Positions 19,841 to 28,599 of a stretch of DNA of 64,000 nucleotides are shown piece by piece. The first letter of the stretch is position 1. The number at the start of each line of letters is the position of its first letter. Origin of the DNA: a virus; IMG/VR virus record IMGVR_UViG_3300033156_000439, positions 1-64,000 of that record. The stretch is one strand, 5' to 3'. A program made the position numbers and the translations under genes. The notes under the pieces were generated by a model. The model searched no databases. It saw only the letters and a list, made by a program, of their open reading frames with translations, and was not told the origin of the DNA.

Positions 19841-20317
19841 TTATTTGTTCTCCATTACAAACTCGTATGCCTTTCGTCTTATCTCTCCTTTTGATAGTAA
19901 ACAAAGATAAGCTACTCCTATCTCCTTCAGTTCTCCAGAGTTAAGCCCCTCCTCTGAAATAATGAAGACTCCCGTGATATCCAAGGCTATTGCAGCACGA
20001 TAGATAGGAAAATCAAAGAGTTCTTTAAAATCTGCAAGCTTCTTTCCATACGTTTCCAAAGTCATATATAAGTAATCACGTCTGGAAGTCGAGTATTTCA
20101 ATAAATCTAAATGACAAACTCTGAATAAGCACAATTTCTTTCTGAATCGAATTAGAAAGTATATATTTTTATGTTTATCTGAAATTATGCACTTTGCTTT
20201 TCTTACAAGAATCGAAGGATATTCTGGAAGAAGCGGATTGGTCTCAATCCAGAACGTAATACTTTCGTTTTCTACTTCTATCTTTACTGTGTCCGAAAAG
20301 AAGGGTATTAGTTCCAT
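19841..20317 (-). CDS. Array paralog 7
   Basis: MELIPF start; TGVFII...ELKEIGVAYLCLL. Confidence 0.85.
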   Translation of the reverse strand: MELIPFFSDTVKIEVENESITFWIETNPLLPEYPSILVRKAKCIISDKHKNIYFLIRFRKKLCLFRVCHLDLLKYSTSRRDYLYMTLETYGKKLADFKELFDFPIYRAAIALDITGVFIISEEGLNSGELKEIGVAYLCLLSKGEIRRKAYEFVMENK

Positions 20318-20329
20318 CTTTCTCCAGAT

Positions 20330-20848
20330 CTATTCATCTTTTCCTGAAAGAGTCAAGTATGAAACTGCTAATTCATACACTTCTCTTTCATTCTTTATCT
20401 CACTACTCGAATAGACCAATATCAATCCTTTTAGAGGATAAGTTTGTGTGAAGTCATAGAGGTACGGATATTTCCAATTTTCAAACGGGGAAAGGGTTAG
20501 TATTAAATAACGAGTGATATCAACGTAGCTTGGAGGAAAATTGTTATGCGCAGAAGTCGAATTAGGATTGACAACATAATAAACGTTCTCTGGAAATCCT
20601 TTTAGTGATGATGAATATTCTGCATTTACAACACTTCTAAATTCAAAGCTATGGAGATGAAATGGCACATATCTTCCTTTCAAAATGAAGATACACGCAG
20701 CTCGTTTGTCTTTATCGATTAAACTAATTGGCAGTTCAGGATCGGACTGATCCAATTCAAACTTAAATTGAAGACGCTGGGATGAAAAATCGAGGGATAT
20801 ATCGGTAGTATTCTCTTTCAATACGCCATTAATTTTATAGGCTTCCAT
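20330..20848 (-). CDS. Array paralog 8
   Basis: KGLILV...EVYELAVSYLTL. Confidence 0.8.
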   Translation of the reverse strand: MEAYKINGVLKENTTDISLDFSSQRLQFKFELDQSDPELPISLIDKDKRAACIFILKGRYVPFHLHSFEFRSVVNAEYSSSLKGFPENVYYVVNPNSTSAHNNFPPSYVDITRYLILTLSPFENWKYPYLYDFTQTYPLKGLILVYSSSEIKNEREVYELAVSYLTLSGKDE

Positions 20849-20852
20849 TGTA

Positions 20853-21305
20853 TTACCTCACAATGGTTAAATAGGCTATTCCTAAGTTGATCAGATCCTC
20901 TTCAATCTCTTCTTCACAACTCAAGACTATTCCTTCGAATCCCCATAGCGAGAAAAGTCCTTTGATTTCAAGATCTTTATAGTTTAGAGGGGATCTGATC
21001 ACTAATTCTTCTATCAATCTACTATACTCTTCAAATTGTTTCTTTTGGAGTGGTGAAAATTCGATCCAGATGCTATACGGAAAGTGTGCAATTCCATTAT
21101 GTTTGAAGCGTATAGAAGTTATTTTTCCTATTAATACTTTTTCGTTTGATAATGTAAATATTAGATAAGAGGGGACGGGTTGAGAAAGCATGTCTCTTAA
21201 TTGTCTAAGGAAAGCTCTTGACACACTCCAATTTATCGAGAACGTTTGTTTTGAATCATCCTTTCTCACTAAGACTCTAAATTCTGAAATTCGTAGAATA
21301 TTCAT
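20853..21305 (-). CDS. Array paralog 9
   Basis: WGFEGIVL...EDLINLGIAYLTIV. Confidence 0.85.
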   Translation of the reverse strand: MNILRISEFRVLVRKDDSKQTFSINWSVSRAFLRQLRDMLSQPVPSYLIFTLSNEKVLIGKITSIRFKHNGIAHFPYSIWIEFSPLQKKQFEEYSRLIEELVIRSPLNYKDLEIKGLFSLWGFEGIVLSCEEEIEEDLINLGIAYLTIVR

Positions 21306-21808
21306 ATTAAGACTCCTCCATCAAGAAATAGATAAGCTGATCCGATTTCTTTTATCTCGTTAGGATTTGCTTTTCTGTGAGACTTTAAAACCAATCCACA
21401 TACGTGCCAAAACTGTTGCTTATTAAGAATGTTCTCCATTTCCGTATAGTCTATGACGTCTAACATAGAACACTTTAGGTTTATTAAGTAATACTCTTTT
21501 GATGATACTCTTGTCCATACATCTTCAAGACGGCACAAATAGAAACTGTGTGTAGAAGGTACCGCGAAGGGATGTATTAAAGAAAATAGAAAATAATGAG
21601 GGTATTTCTTGTTATTGAGATCACTACTTATATCTAAGAGAGTTTCAAATTCACTCTTAGAGAGAATTGGTACATCAAAAGAAATTTCTTGTTCCCAAAA
21701 CTTTCCTGTTTCTACTAAAGCACTCCAGCCTTTCTTTGTTCGAAACTCGAAGATTACTTCTATTTTCCCTTTTTCTTTCTCTTTTTCTTTCTTAAAAATG
21801 TTAAACAT
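21302..21808 (-). CDS. Array paralog 10
   Basis: WHVCGLVLK...NEIKEIGSAYLFL. Confidence 0.8.
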   Translation of the reverse strand: MFNIFKKEKEKEKGKIEVIFEFRTKKGWSALVETGKFWEQEISFDVPILSKSEFETLLDISSDLNNKKYPHYFLFSLIHPFAVPSTHSFYLCRLEDVWTRVSSKEYYLINLKCSMLDVIDYTEMENILNKQQFWHVCGLVLKSHRKANPNEIKEIGSAYLFLDGGVLI

Positions 21809-21820
21809 ACTAATTGAGAG

Positions 21821-22432
21821 TTATTCAAAATTTTCTTTGAGTCTTTTAAGCACAATTTGTTTTCCTAATCTTCGAGCATACACATAGAGTTCTGAAGTCT
21901 TTACTTTCTCATCTTGCAATCCCTCTTTTATACACTCTAAGCCTCCGCAATACTGGGGTTTATCGAGGCAATCAATTAAAGTCTTTTCTCGATTAGTAAT
22001 CCATATTCTCGTTTCGTTTATGAAGCCACTCTGTAAGCCAAACATTTCATTTGCATGAACAATCCAAAAATCTAATCCGAGTATCTTGAGCCTCCTACTT
22101 CTCTCCGTAGTTTGAATGAATACTGTATTCGGGATTTGACTGGTTAGACCCAAATAGCTCAGAGCGCTCCAATAAGCTATCGCATAAGGCTGAACAATCG
22201 AAGACGCTAAAATGTATTCATGTTCAGTATACTTCCCTTTCTCTGCACCCAAAGGAATTATCATGTACTTACCTCTATAAATTCGTTCTATCCATCCTGC
22301 TTTCTCAAGCTCTTGAAGGAACCTCACTATTTTCTTTCTGTTTCTCGACTCATCAAGTTCGACTGCATCTTCAATCGAAAAGACGCTTTTGTTACTTCTG
22401 ACTAATTCATCTAATAATTTAATTCTTTTCAT
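21821..22432 (-). CDS. AbiEi-family (type IV TA antitoxin) transcriptional regulator
   Basis: N-terminal wHTH (L.K.GWIERIYRGKY), YWSALSYLGLT.Q.P, T..EKTLIDCLD.P.YCGG. Confidence 0.85.
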   Translation of the reverse strand: MKRIKLLDELVRSNKSVFSIEDAVELDESRNRKKIVRFLQELEKAGWIERIYRGKYMIIPLGAEKGKYTEHEYILASSIVQPYAIAYWSALSYLGLTSQIPNTVFIQTTERSRRLKILGLDFWIVHANEMFGLQSGFINETRIWITNREKTLIDCLDKPQYCGGLECIKEGLQDEKVKTSELYVYARRLGKQIVLKRLKENFE

Positions 22433-22453
22433 TTAAAACTAAATAGGTGTATC

Positions 22454-22837
22454 CTAAACATTTAGCGTCTTCGGGGTCAGTCCCTTGGAGAATAATTCCG
22501 TGTACTGTTTCCCATAGTATTCCTTCCCATAGACCAAGGAGTTTTTTACTGCCTCGTATTCGTTTTGATTTAAAATAGTTCCTTCCAAGTCTGCTATGAG
22601 TAATGTTTTCTTCCTTCTTACTACGCGAATATCATCCAATTGACAAATAAATAAGTTAATATCTTCTCTTTTTATGTTAAATACGAGATAGTAAATAAAT
22701 TTTTTAAGTTTTCTTTTTATCTTCAAGAGTAAATCTCTTTCTGCTTGGCTTATTACGATAGTTATTGCCACTCCCAGAATTTTATTTCTGTTTAAGCCTA
22801 TTTCTCCATCAAATCTTTCGAACTCAAATTCGATCAT
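22454..22837 (-). CDS. Array paralog 11, C-terminally truncated or divergent
   Basis: YYLVF...FICQLDDI resembles paralog 10 (HYFLF...YLCRLEDV) but the terminal family motif is missing. Confidence 0.6.
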   Translation of the reverse strand: MIEFEFERFDGEIGLNRNKILGVAITIVISQAERDLLLKIKRKLKKFIYYLVFNIKREDINLFICQLDDIRVVRRKKTLLIADLEGTILNQNEYEAVKNSLVYGKEYYGKQYTELFSKGLTPKTLNV

Positions 22838-23427
22838 ATCCTGTCATCCTCATTTAAGAGTAAATAAGCATACCCCAAATTTTTAATGTCTTCACGACTC
22901 TCTTCCTCCGTCTTAAGTAGTAATCCTTTCATGTCCCACGCTTCAACTCTCCATTCTCTTCTGTGATTCCGAGAAGTTTCGGCTATACCAAACGCTGACT
23001 GTGACATCGTAGTAGTCATCTCTTCCATGTAATTGCAACCTGAAAAGTAAATCGAACGCATTGATTTAGTCAGGTCCTCATGTTCTTTTTCTTCCATCTC
23101 AAGTGTTAACTCGATGATTGCTAATGGATCCAACACGGAGTATCTCGGTTGGGATAATATATTCCCCTTTAATAATTTTCCGACGAAACAATTTTCTTTA
23201 AAAAGAAACACTAAATAGTAATTATCGATGCCAAACGTAGTTTCATTTATAACTTCCCTTGTATTGTGTAGAAATTTACTGTTGTACTTGTGAATAAAAA
23301 ATGATATATTAAGATAACTCGTATCCTCTTTTATGTATGATTTTAGTAACGCTCTCCATGAGGATATGAATAAAGAGTTCATTTTACAAGCCTTTCCCCA
23401 GCAATGTGTATCAATTGCCTCATTCAT
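22834..23427 (-). CDS. Array paralog 12
   Basis: WDMKGLLLKTEEESREDIKNLGYAYLLL. Confidence 0.85.
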   Translation of the reverse strand: MNEAIDTHCWGKACKMNSLFISSWRALLKSYIKEDTSYLNISFFIHKYNSKFLHNTREVINETTFGIDNYYLVFLFKENCFVGKLLKGNILSQPRYSVLDPLAIIELTLEMEEKEHEDLTKSMRSIYFSGCNYMEEMTTTMSQSAFGIAETSRNHRREWRVEAWDMKGLLLKTEEESREDIKNLGYAYLLLNEDDRI

Positions 23428-23966
23428 TTCAGATAAGTAATATAACCCACCATGAGTCTCTTAATGTCTTCTAACGTTTCATTCTCCTTTTTCTTGATGA
23501 CTATGCCCATGAATGAGAACATGTTTGATCGCATCCATCCTTTCTGAATTCTTCGTGTGATTGAATCCCACCACTTTCCTATTCCAGTAACTTCAGAGGA
23601 AAAGAAATACGAAGAGGCAGTAAATTTAAACATTGCAAGTAACCTCATAAATTTGTCTCGGTCACAAGACGCGAGGAACAATCTTATGATAGCATCGTCC
23701 TCGTCAGGATATACTTTACACATTTGGAGAGAAGAACTTAGTATTCGAAAGAGCAAGATATGATTTTTAAATCCGTCTGAGATTTCAAGACATAAATACG
23801 CATCTGCTGAAGATTTACTGAGATCTTTAATTTTTTGTATTATTTCTGGATCAAAAGTCGGAAATGTTAATTCAACATAATTCGGAATACGCTTATCAAC
23901 GAGGAATACTGCCGTGGCTGTCTTTATGAGAATTATATCATTATTTATTGGCTCAATCGTTTTCAT
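23424..23966 (-). CDS. Array paralog 13
   Basis: FMGIVIKKKENETLEDIKRLMVGYITYL; close to paralog 14. Confidence 0.85.
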   Translation of the reverse strand: MKTIEPINNDIILIKTATAVFLVDKRIPNYVELTFPTFDPEIIQKIKDLSKSSADAYLCLEISDGFKNHILLFRILSSSLQMCKVYPDEDDAIIRLFLASCDRDKFMRLLAMFKFTASSYFFSSEVTGIGKWWDSITRRIQKGWMRSNMFSFMGIVIKKKENETLEDIKRLMVGYITYLK

Positions 23967-24496
23967 AAGCAGGTAAGATATCCCAATCCTAACCTTCTTA
24001 AGTCCTCTAAAGTTTCACTTTGTTTTTTTCTAATGACTACTGCTTTAAAAGGAAAGATGCTTGATCTTACCCATCCTTTTTTAATCTTATACGATATTAA
24101 TTCCCACCATTTGCCAGTGGTAGTCACTGGTGAAAATAAAGGACTTGAGATAGAAAAGGGGAAACTTTTAATCAATTTGGTGAAATCGTCATCATCAAGC
24201 GGACTAAGATAAAATCTGACTATGGAATCGTCTGTATTGGAATTTATTTCTAAGGGTTGTAGAGTAAAATCTTCTATTTTAAAGAGAAAGTTTAATTCTT
24301 TACCTCTCGGATTCTGAAATGCAGAACTCAAATACAAATCTGAGAAGTTTGAGACATTAAGTAAATTTCGTAATTGGTAAATAGCATTTGGATCATCGCA
24401 CGGAAAACTCAGATCTATATAGTCCCTAAAGTGTTCATTGACAAGGAAGAGTGCAACAGAGTTACTCATCTGAATTACGTCCATTTCCTTCGACAC
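23963..24496 (-). CDS. Array paralog 14
   Basis: FKAVVIRKKQSETLEDLRRLGLGYLTCL. Confidence 0.85.
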   Translation of the reverse strand: MSKEMDVIQMSNSVALFLVNEHFRDYIDLSFPCDDPNAIYQLRNLLNVSNFSDLYLSSAFQNPRGKELNFLFKIEDFTLQPLEINSNTDDSIVRFYLSPLDDDDFTKLIKSFPFSISSPLFSPVTTTGKWWELISYKIKKGWVRSSIFPFKAVVIRKKQSETLEDLRRLGLGYLTCL

Positions 24497-24504
24497 AGTT
24501 ATGT

Positions 24505-24942
24505 TTACAATAAAGTGAGGTATGCCGTCCCTATGTTTTTGATCTCGTTAGTCTTTTCTCCTTTAATTTCAAATGCTACTCCTTTGAATTCACTTGTGGC
24601 AAATGTCCACTCCTTACTGTCGAAGGGGTTATGGTGACACGATAAAGATTTTACCTCTTCACTGCTAAGAGTTATTTTGAATGATAAACTCAATGGTGGA
24701 GTAATAAAGCGAGAATAAAACGGATCATATTGAAAATCGGTCTCCACTCCGTTGCGAATCTTCCCAATGTATATTTTCTTCTTCAACTTAAAAACCAGAT
24801 ATTTATTTTGAGATTCTTTTTTCATGTACTCTTTGAGTTCCTCAAAGTATTTGCTTCATCCCCAAAAATATATCGTGATCAAACCCTCCCGTTTAATTCG
24901 ATTGATCCTCAGATGTGCTTTATATCCAGATACACGGATCAT
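24505..24942 (-). pseudogene. Array paralog 15 with an in-frame TGA at codon 29
   Basis: MIRVSGYK...IYFWG*SKYFEELKEYMKK... continues in frame into ORF 24505..24825; TGA at 24856-24858. Confidence 0.7.
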
Positions 24943-24957
24943 TATTCTTCTCTCCCT

Positions 24958-25412
24958 CTACGTTATAGAACTCTCGATATCCTCAGGTGAAAGGACTGCC
25001 AATATTCCCCTGCTCACCTCAATCGCTTCTGCCTCTTCGTTTTCACTGTAAAATGTTAATGTGCCAGTAATCACATCAGAAATTCTAATTTCTCCGTCGA
25101 ACGAGAATCCACACCGGTCTAAGAGGGATTGTTGACGACTTCTTGCTATGAACATTCTCCATAGACGCCATCGTATACAATCTATTGGGAGAGCAATTAT
25201 CTTGCGTTTCGTTTTCAGTATAGCCAAAGCGGGTTCAGGATTGAATTGAAAATGGAGTGGTAGTTTTTGCTTTTCTCTTCGTTTAATAATTCGTAAATTT
25301 GAGATAGAAATTTTTCGGTTATTAAACGATGATAGTCTACAAGATAGAGTTTATCATCATCTTTGAATCTTAACTCCAAATATTCGGTGATAAAAGGGAC
25401 TATCTTTATCAT
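24958..25412 (-). pseudogene. Array paralog 16 (frameshifted)
   Basis: MIKIVPF start; adding one T to T5 at 25264-25268 gives KLPLHF (versus SLPLTF in paralog 6) and joins 24958..25227. Confidence 0.75.
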
Positions 25413-26644
25413 GCACTTCTTCCCTTTCCTCCTTCGTAAAAGACTGTTCTTCCAAACGGAAGTTTCTGATGTCTATCTCTAAGACTGTCCGGAACCAGCC
25501 AAATCACTGGAAAATTTGGTGCACTGTCTGGAGACGTGCCATACGTATCTGTAACGTATATCAAACCCCTGAGCTCTGGATATTTTTCAATCTCTTTAAA
25601 GACTGGTCTAAAGTCCGTGCCTCCTCCTCCCTTCCACTCAATCTCATCAAGTTCTTCGGGACTGTGTATCCAGTGTTTTACCTGAACTTTAGCATCACAT
25701 TGAAGCAGTAATACGTTCAGGTCTCCCTTGAAATATGAGAACAAGAACTGCATTCCTGCCTTGAATTCAGAAAGTAGTTCAGTATCTATTGAGCCACTTG
25801 TATCAATGGCTACACATATCTGAAGTCTGTTCCTTCCTTTGATTTGGGGATATAGCAACGGCGGATACCGCCTTTTGTGTAATCTTTTCCAATTCCGTTT
25901 ACTATAACTCCTTTCAAGTACAAAAGAAGATATAATTTCACTGATTGGAAGAGGAGGATGAAGTATGTTTAACACTTCTCTTTTTAAAGAGGCTGGTAAC
26001 GTACCCTGCATGAAAGAACGTAAAAGGGACTGTCTTATCGTCCGTCCCAATGCGTCATTCTTGCTGTGTTTCCATATTTTGTGACCTTGAAGACGCTTTT
26101 TCCCTTCAGTATTTTTGCCCTTACTATTTTCTTCCCCTTGTCTACTTTTAGGTTCTGATTGTCCTCCACTTGCAGACTGCCCACACTGGGATTGTTCTCC
26201 AATACCTTGAAAATTCTTCATGAGTTCTCTATACACTTGCTCAAACGTCTTGCCTGTATATTTTTCATCGAATAGAAAAGAGGACGGTAAATGTCCAAAC
26301 TCCTCTTTAATTATAGCGTTGGTAACATAATCCGCTGCCATATTTGCTATTTCCCATTCTACGTCATTGGTTGCGATCTTTAGTCTTGAATCCCATACAT
26401 GAGATAGAAGTATATGAAGATACTCATGGGCTAAGTCGAATGTGAGATCACTTGGAGAAATTCTATCAAGATAATCTTCGTTCAAGTAGAAGGTCTTTCC
26501 ATCAGTGGCTGCTACTTCAATTGGCACTCCTCTAAATTCCCTACCTATCTCCACTGGTATGGTAAGCACTCCTGACCAAAATGGCTTCTTCTGTAAGAAC
26601 ATGAATTTTGCTCGTCTTATTTTCTTGAGATAATTTTCATTCAT
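25409..26644 (-). CDS. DUF2201-type metallopeptidase-VWA domain protein
   Basis: AATDG, HEYLH (HExxH), MIDAS DTSGS, GGGGTDF, TD.YG. Confidence 0.9.
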   Translation of the reverse strand: MNENYLKKIRRAKFMFLQKKPFWSGVLTIPVEIGREFRGVPIEVAATDGKTFYLNEDYLDRISPSDLTFDLAHEYLHILLSHVWDSRLKIATNDVEWEIANMAADYVTNAIIKEEFGHLPSSFLFDEKYTGKTFEQVYRELMKNFQGIGEQSQCGQSASGGQSEPKSRQGEENSKGKNTEGKKRLQGHKIWKHSKNDALGRTIRQSLLRSFMQGTLPASLKREVLNILHPPLPISEIISSFVLERSYSKRNWKRLHKRRYPPLLYPQIKGRNRLQICVAIDTSGSIDTELLSEFKAGMQFLFSYFKGDLNVLLLQCDAKVQVKHWIHSPEELDEIEWKGGGGTDFRPVFKEIEKYPELRGLIYVTDTYGTSPDSAPNFPVIWLVPDSLRDRHQKLPFGRTVFYEGGKGRSA

Positions 26645-26801
26645 TTCTCTTCATTCAATAAACATAAAATATAGGAGTAAGAAAGTAATGAAACACGCTA
26701 TCACTATATCTTCCATTATTTCATTCTTTATGATTTCTCGTTTTATTTCTTCTATATCTATTTCTTCTATATCCGAGTCCATCTTGATTATTTCCTCAAA
26801 T

Positions 26802-26896
26802 CCACATATATTGCATATATCAAAATTTGTGTTTATTCACGATAAATTCTATTGGCTTGAGTAAAAAATTTGCGTGAGGGTGAAATATGTGCATCT
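26802..26896. repeat. Dispersed imperfect palindromic repeat, copy E
   Basis: cacatatattgcatatatcaaaa...aatttgcgtgagggtgaaatatgtgcatct, same orientation as copy A. Confidence 0.65.
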
Positions 26897-27055
26897 CACA
26901 CTGAATTCTTTGCTTGTTCTATATAGTTTTTCAATCTTTCCCATTCATCCCAGAATAGAAATATATTATCTCCTCCTACATACGTATCTCTCAATCTTAA
27001 TCCTTCCTCTTCAATTTCTACTACTATGTCTTCAAATCCCTCGTGACCTTTTATT

Positions 27056-27262
27056 CTACCTCGTTTTAGGATGGGCATTTTGTTCCTCCTGAGTTTCTTC
27101 TATGACTTCTTCCTCCCTCTTTCCGTCCATGTCCATAAGCAGACTTCCTATGATTATAAGCATCATGCCAACAGTAAGCGGGAATTCTGTATCAAAGTAC
27201 TGAATTGATAGAACTACTCCCCAAGCCAGTAAGGCTCTACCGATGCACTGAAAAAATGTCAT
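27056..27262 (-). CDS. Small two-TM membrane protein
   Basis: Two hydrophobic segments. Confidence 0.55.
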   Translation of the reverse strand: MTFFQCIGRALLAWGVVLSIQYFDTEFPLTVGMMLIIIGSLLMDMDGKREEEVIEETQEEQNAHPKTR

Positions 27263-28326
27263 TCTCCACTCAGCAATGGCAGTATCTCTTTACCTATGTT
27301 CTTCATCAGTTCCCTAAAGTTCTCATCACCGAGCATCTTTGAAAACATCTCTGAGGGCATTGAGTTCTTGTAATCTACAAGGAACGCTGCTGCCCCCTCA
27401 ACGAATCCACCATATTCGGGATCCTTTCCCTTCTCCCAAATCGCTCTTACATATTTAAAGTACGCCTTTGAGTAGCTCATTTGCTTCTTCGAATTCTTCT
27501 CTCTACTTATCACGGAAAGAAGAGTTTGTATTGTGTAGGTTAGGACGTCAAATTCACTCGGTATATCACTAACGTCTCCTTTCAATATCTTTTGTATGTC
27601 TGGAAGTTTATCTCTTAAATCTGTGAAGGCTAAGAACTTGGCTGCCACTGAACCCCCGATCGAACCAGAGAGATCTTCGATGCTTGACAGTCCTTGCTCT
27701 AAGAGAAGAGATACTCGTTCCCATCCTCTTCCACAAGTTACTTTCTCTCCTCTGTGCTCTGGCAGTATATACAGGTCTTCGGGATGAGCACTCAAGTAGG
27801 CTATAATCTCTGGAGCGATGTGATTTTTCAATGCCCACGCTTTCCATACTTGTATGTCAGGTTCTACGTAGATCTCATGAAGACGTGCTTCGAGTGGTAT
27901 CTCAAGATCCCCAACGACTGCTCCATGTTCTCTCTTGTTTCCCGTTCCACATGGGACTATTCCATCTGGTAGTGGTGTATCTCCGATCATTCTGTCGTAG
28001 AATACACGATACAGTGCTTTCTGCATTTCATTGGAAGCGTGATTCAACTCATCGAACAATAGGAATCCTTGAGCATCATCTGGATACTTTGCCCACTCTG
28101 GTGGAAGTTGAAGAACCACTCCGGAACTTGGATCTGGAACTGTCCAGCCTTCCAAATCAGGGGGTTCCAAGGTTAGCAACGATTTAGAAACGCAAAGCAC
28201 TCCCATCTCTTGAGCAGTTTGTCGTATGATCGAAGACTTCCCCACTCCAGTTGGACCCCAAAGAATAAAGGGAATCCTCTTTTCGTATAATTTTTTAATT
28301 CTTTCTTTCGTTTCCCGTAGGTTCAT
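27259..28326 (-). CDS. MoxR-like AAA+ ATPase
   Basis: GPTGVGKS, LLFDE, GN, R finger; paired with the VWA gene. Confidence 0.9.
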   Translation of the reverse strand: MNLRETKERIKKLYEKRIPFILWGPTGVGKSSIIRQTAQEMGVLCVSKSLLTLEPPDLEGWTVPDPSSGVVLQLPPEWAKYPDDAQGFLLFDELNHASNEMQKALYRVFYDRMIGDTPLPDGIVPCGTGNKREHGAVVGDLEIPLEARLHEIYVEPDIQVWKAWALKNHIAPEIIAYLSAHPEDLYILPEHRGEKVTCGRGWERVSLLLEQGLSSIEDLSGSIGGSVAAKFLAFTDLRDKLPDIQKILKGDVSDIPSEFDVLTYTIQTLLSVISREKNSKKQMSYSKAYFKYVRAIWEKGKDPEYGGFVEGAAAFLVDYKNSMPSEMFSKMLGDENFRELMKNIGKEILPLLSGE

Positions 28327-28558
28327 TCTCTTTCAATACCTCCTTTATTTTTTCTTCTATTTCCCGAACCGCTATCATCAATCCGTCAGACATATAGCTA
28401 TACTTTAATTGCTCTTCTTGATCAGTTTCGTTACAAGCTTTTTCTTCGAGTTCTATGGCTTTCTCTAATATTCTAATCCCAATGCTTTTCAATACTGTTA
28501 CTGACTCTTCATTCATTCTCGTATCCTCCTCAATTACACATTCACCTATGAAAGGCAT
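28295..28558 (-). CDS. Hypothetical protein
   Basis: ORF with GGTGA RBS. Confidence 0.55.
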   Translation of the reverse strand: MPFIGECVIEEDTRMNEESVTVLKSIGIRILEKAIELEEKACNETDQEEQLKYSYMSDGLMIAVREIEEKIKEVLKENEPTGNERKN

Positions 28559-28599
28559 GCTTCTTCACCTTATTCTTTTATTGGAAGAGTATGTGAGTC

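Noticed and set aside
24856-24858. Genome-wide TGA recoding or selenocysteine
   Set aside because: TGA is a normal stop elsewhere (many ATGA gene overlaps), long genes are open in the standard code, and no SECIS or suppressor tRNA was seen.
16364-25412. Complete diversity-generating retroelement behind the array
   Set aside because: No reverse transcriptase or Avd gene in the window, and paralogs differ throughout their length rather than only at adenines of one repeat.
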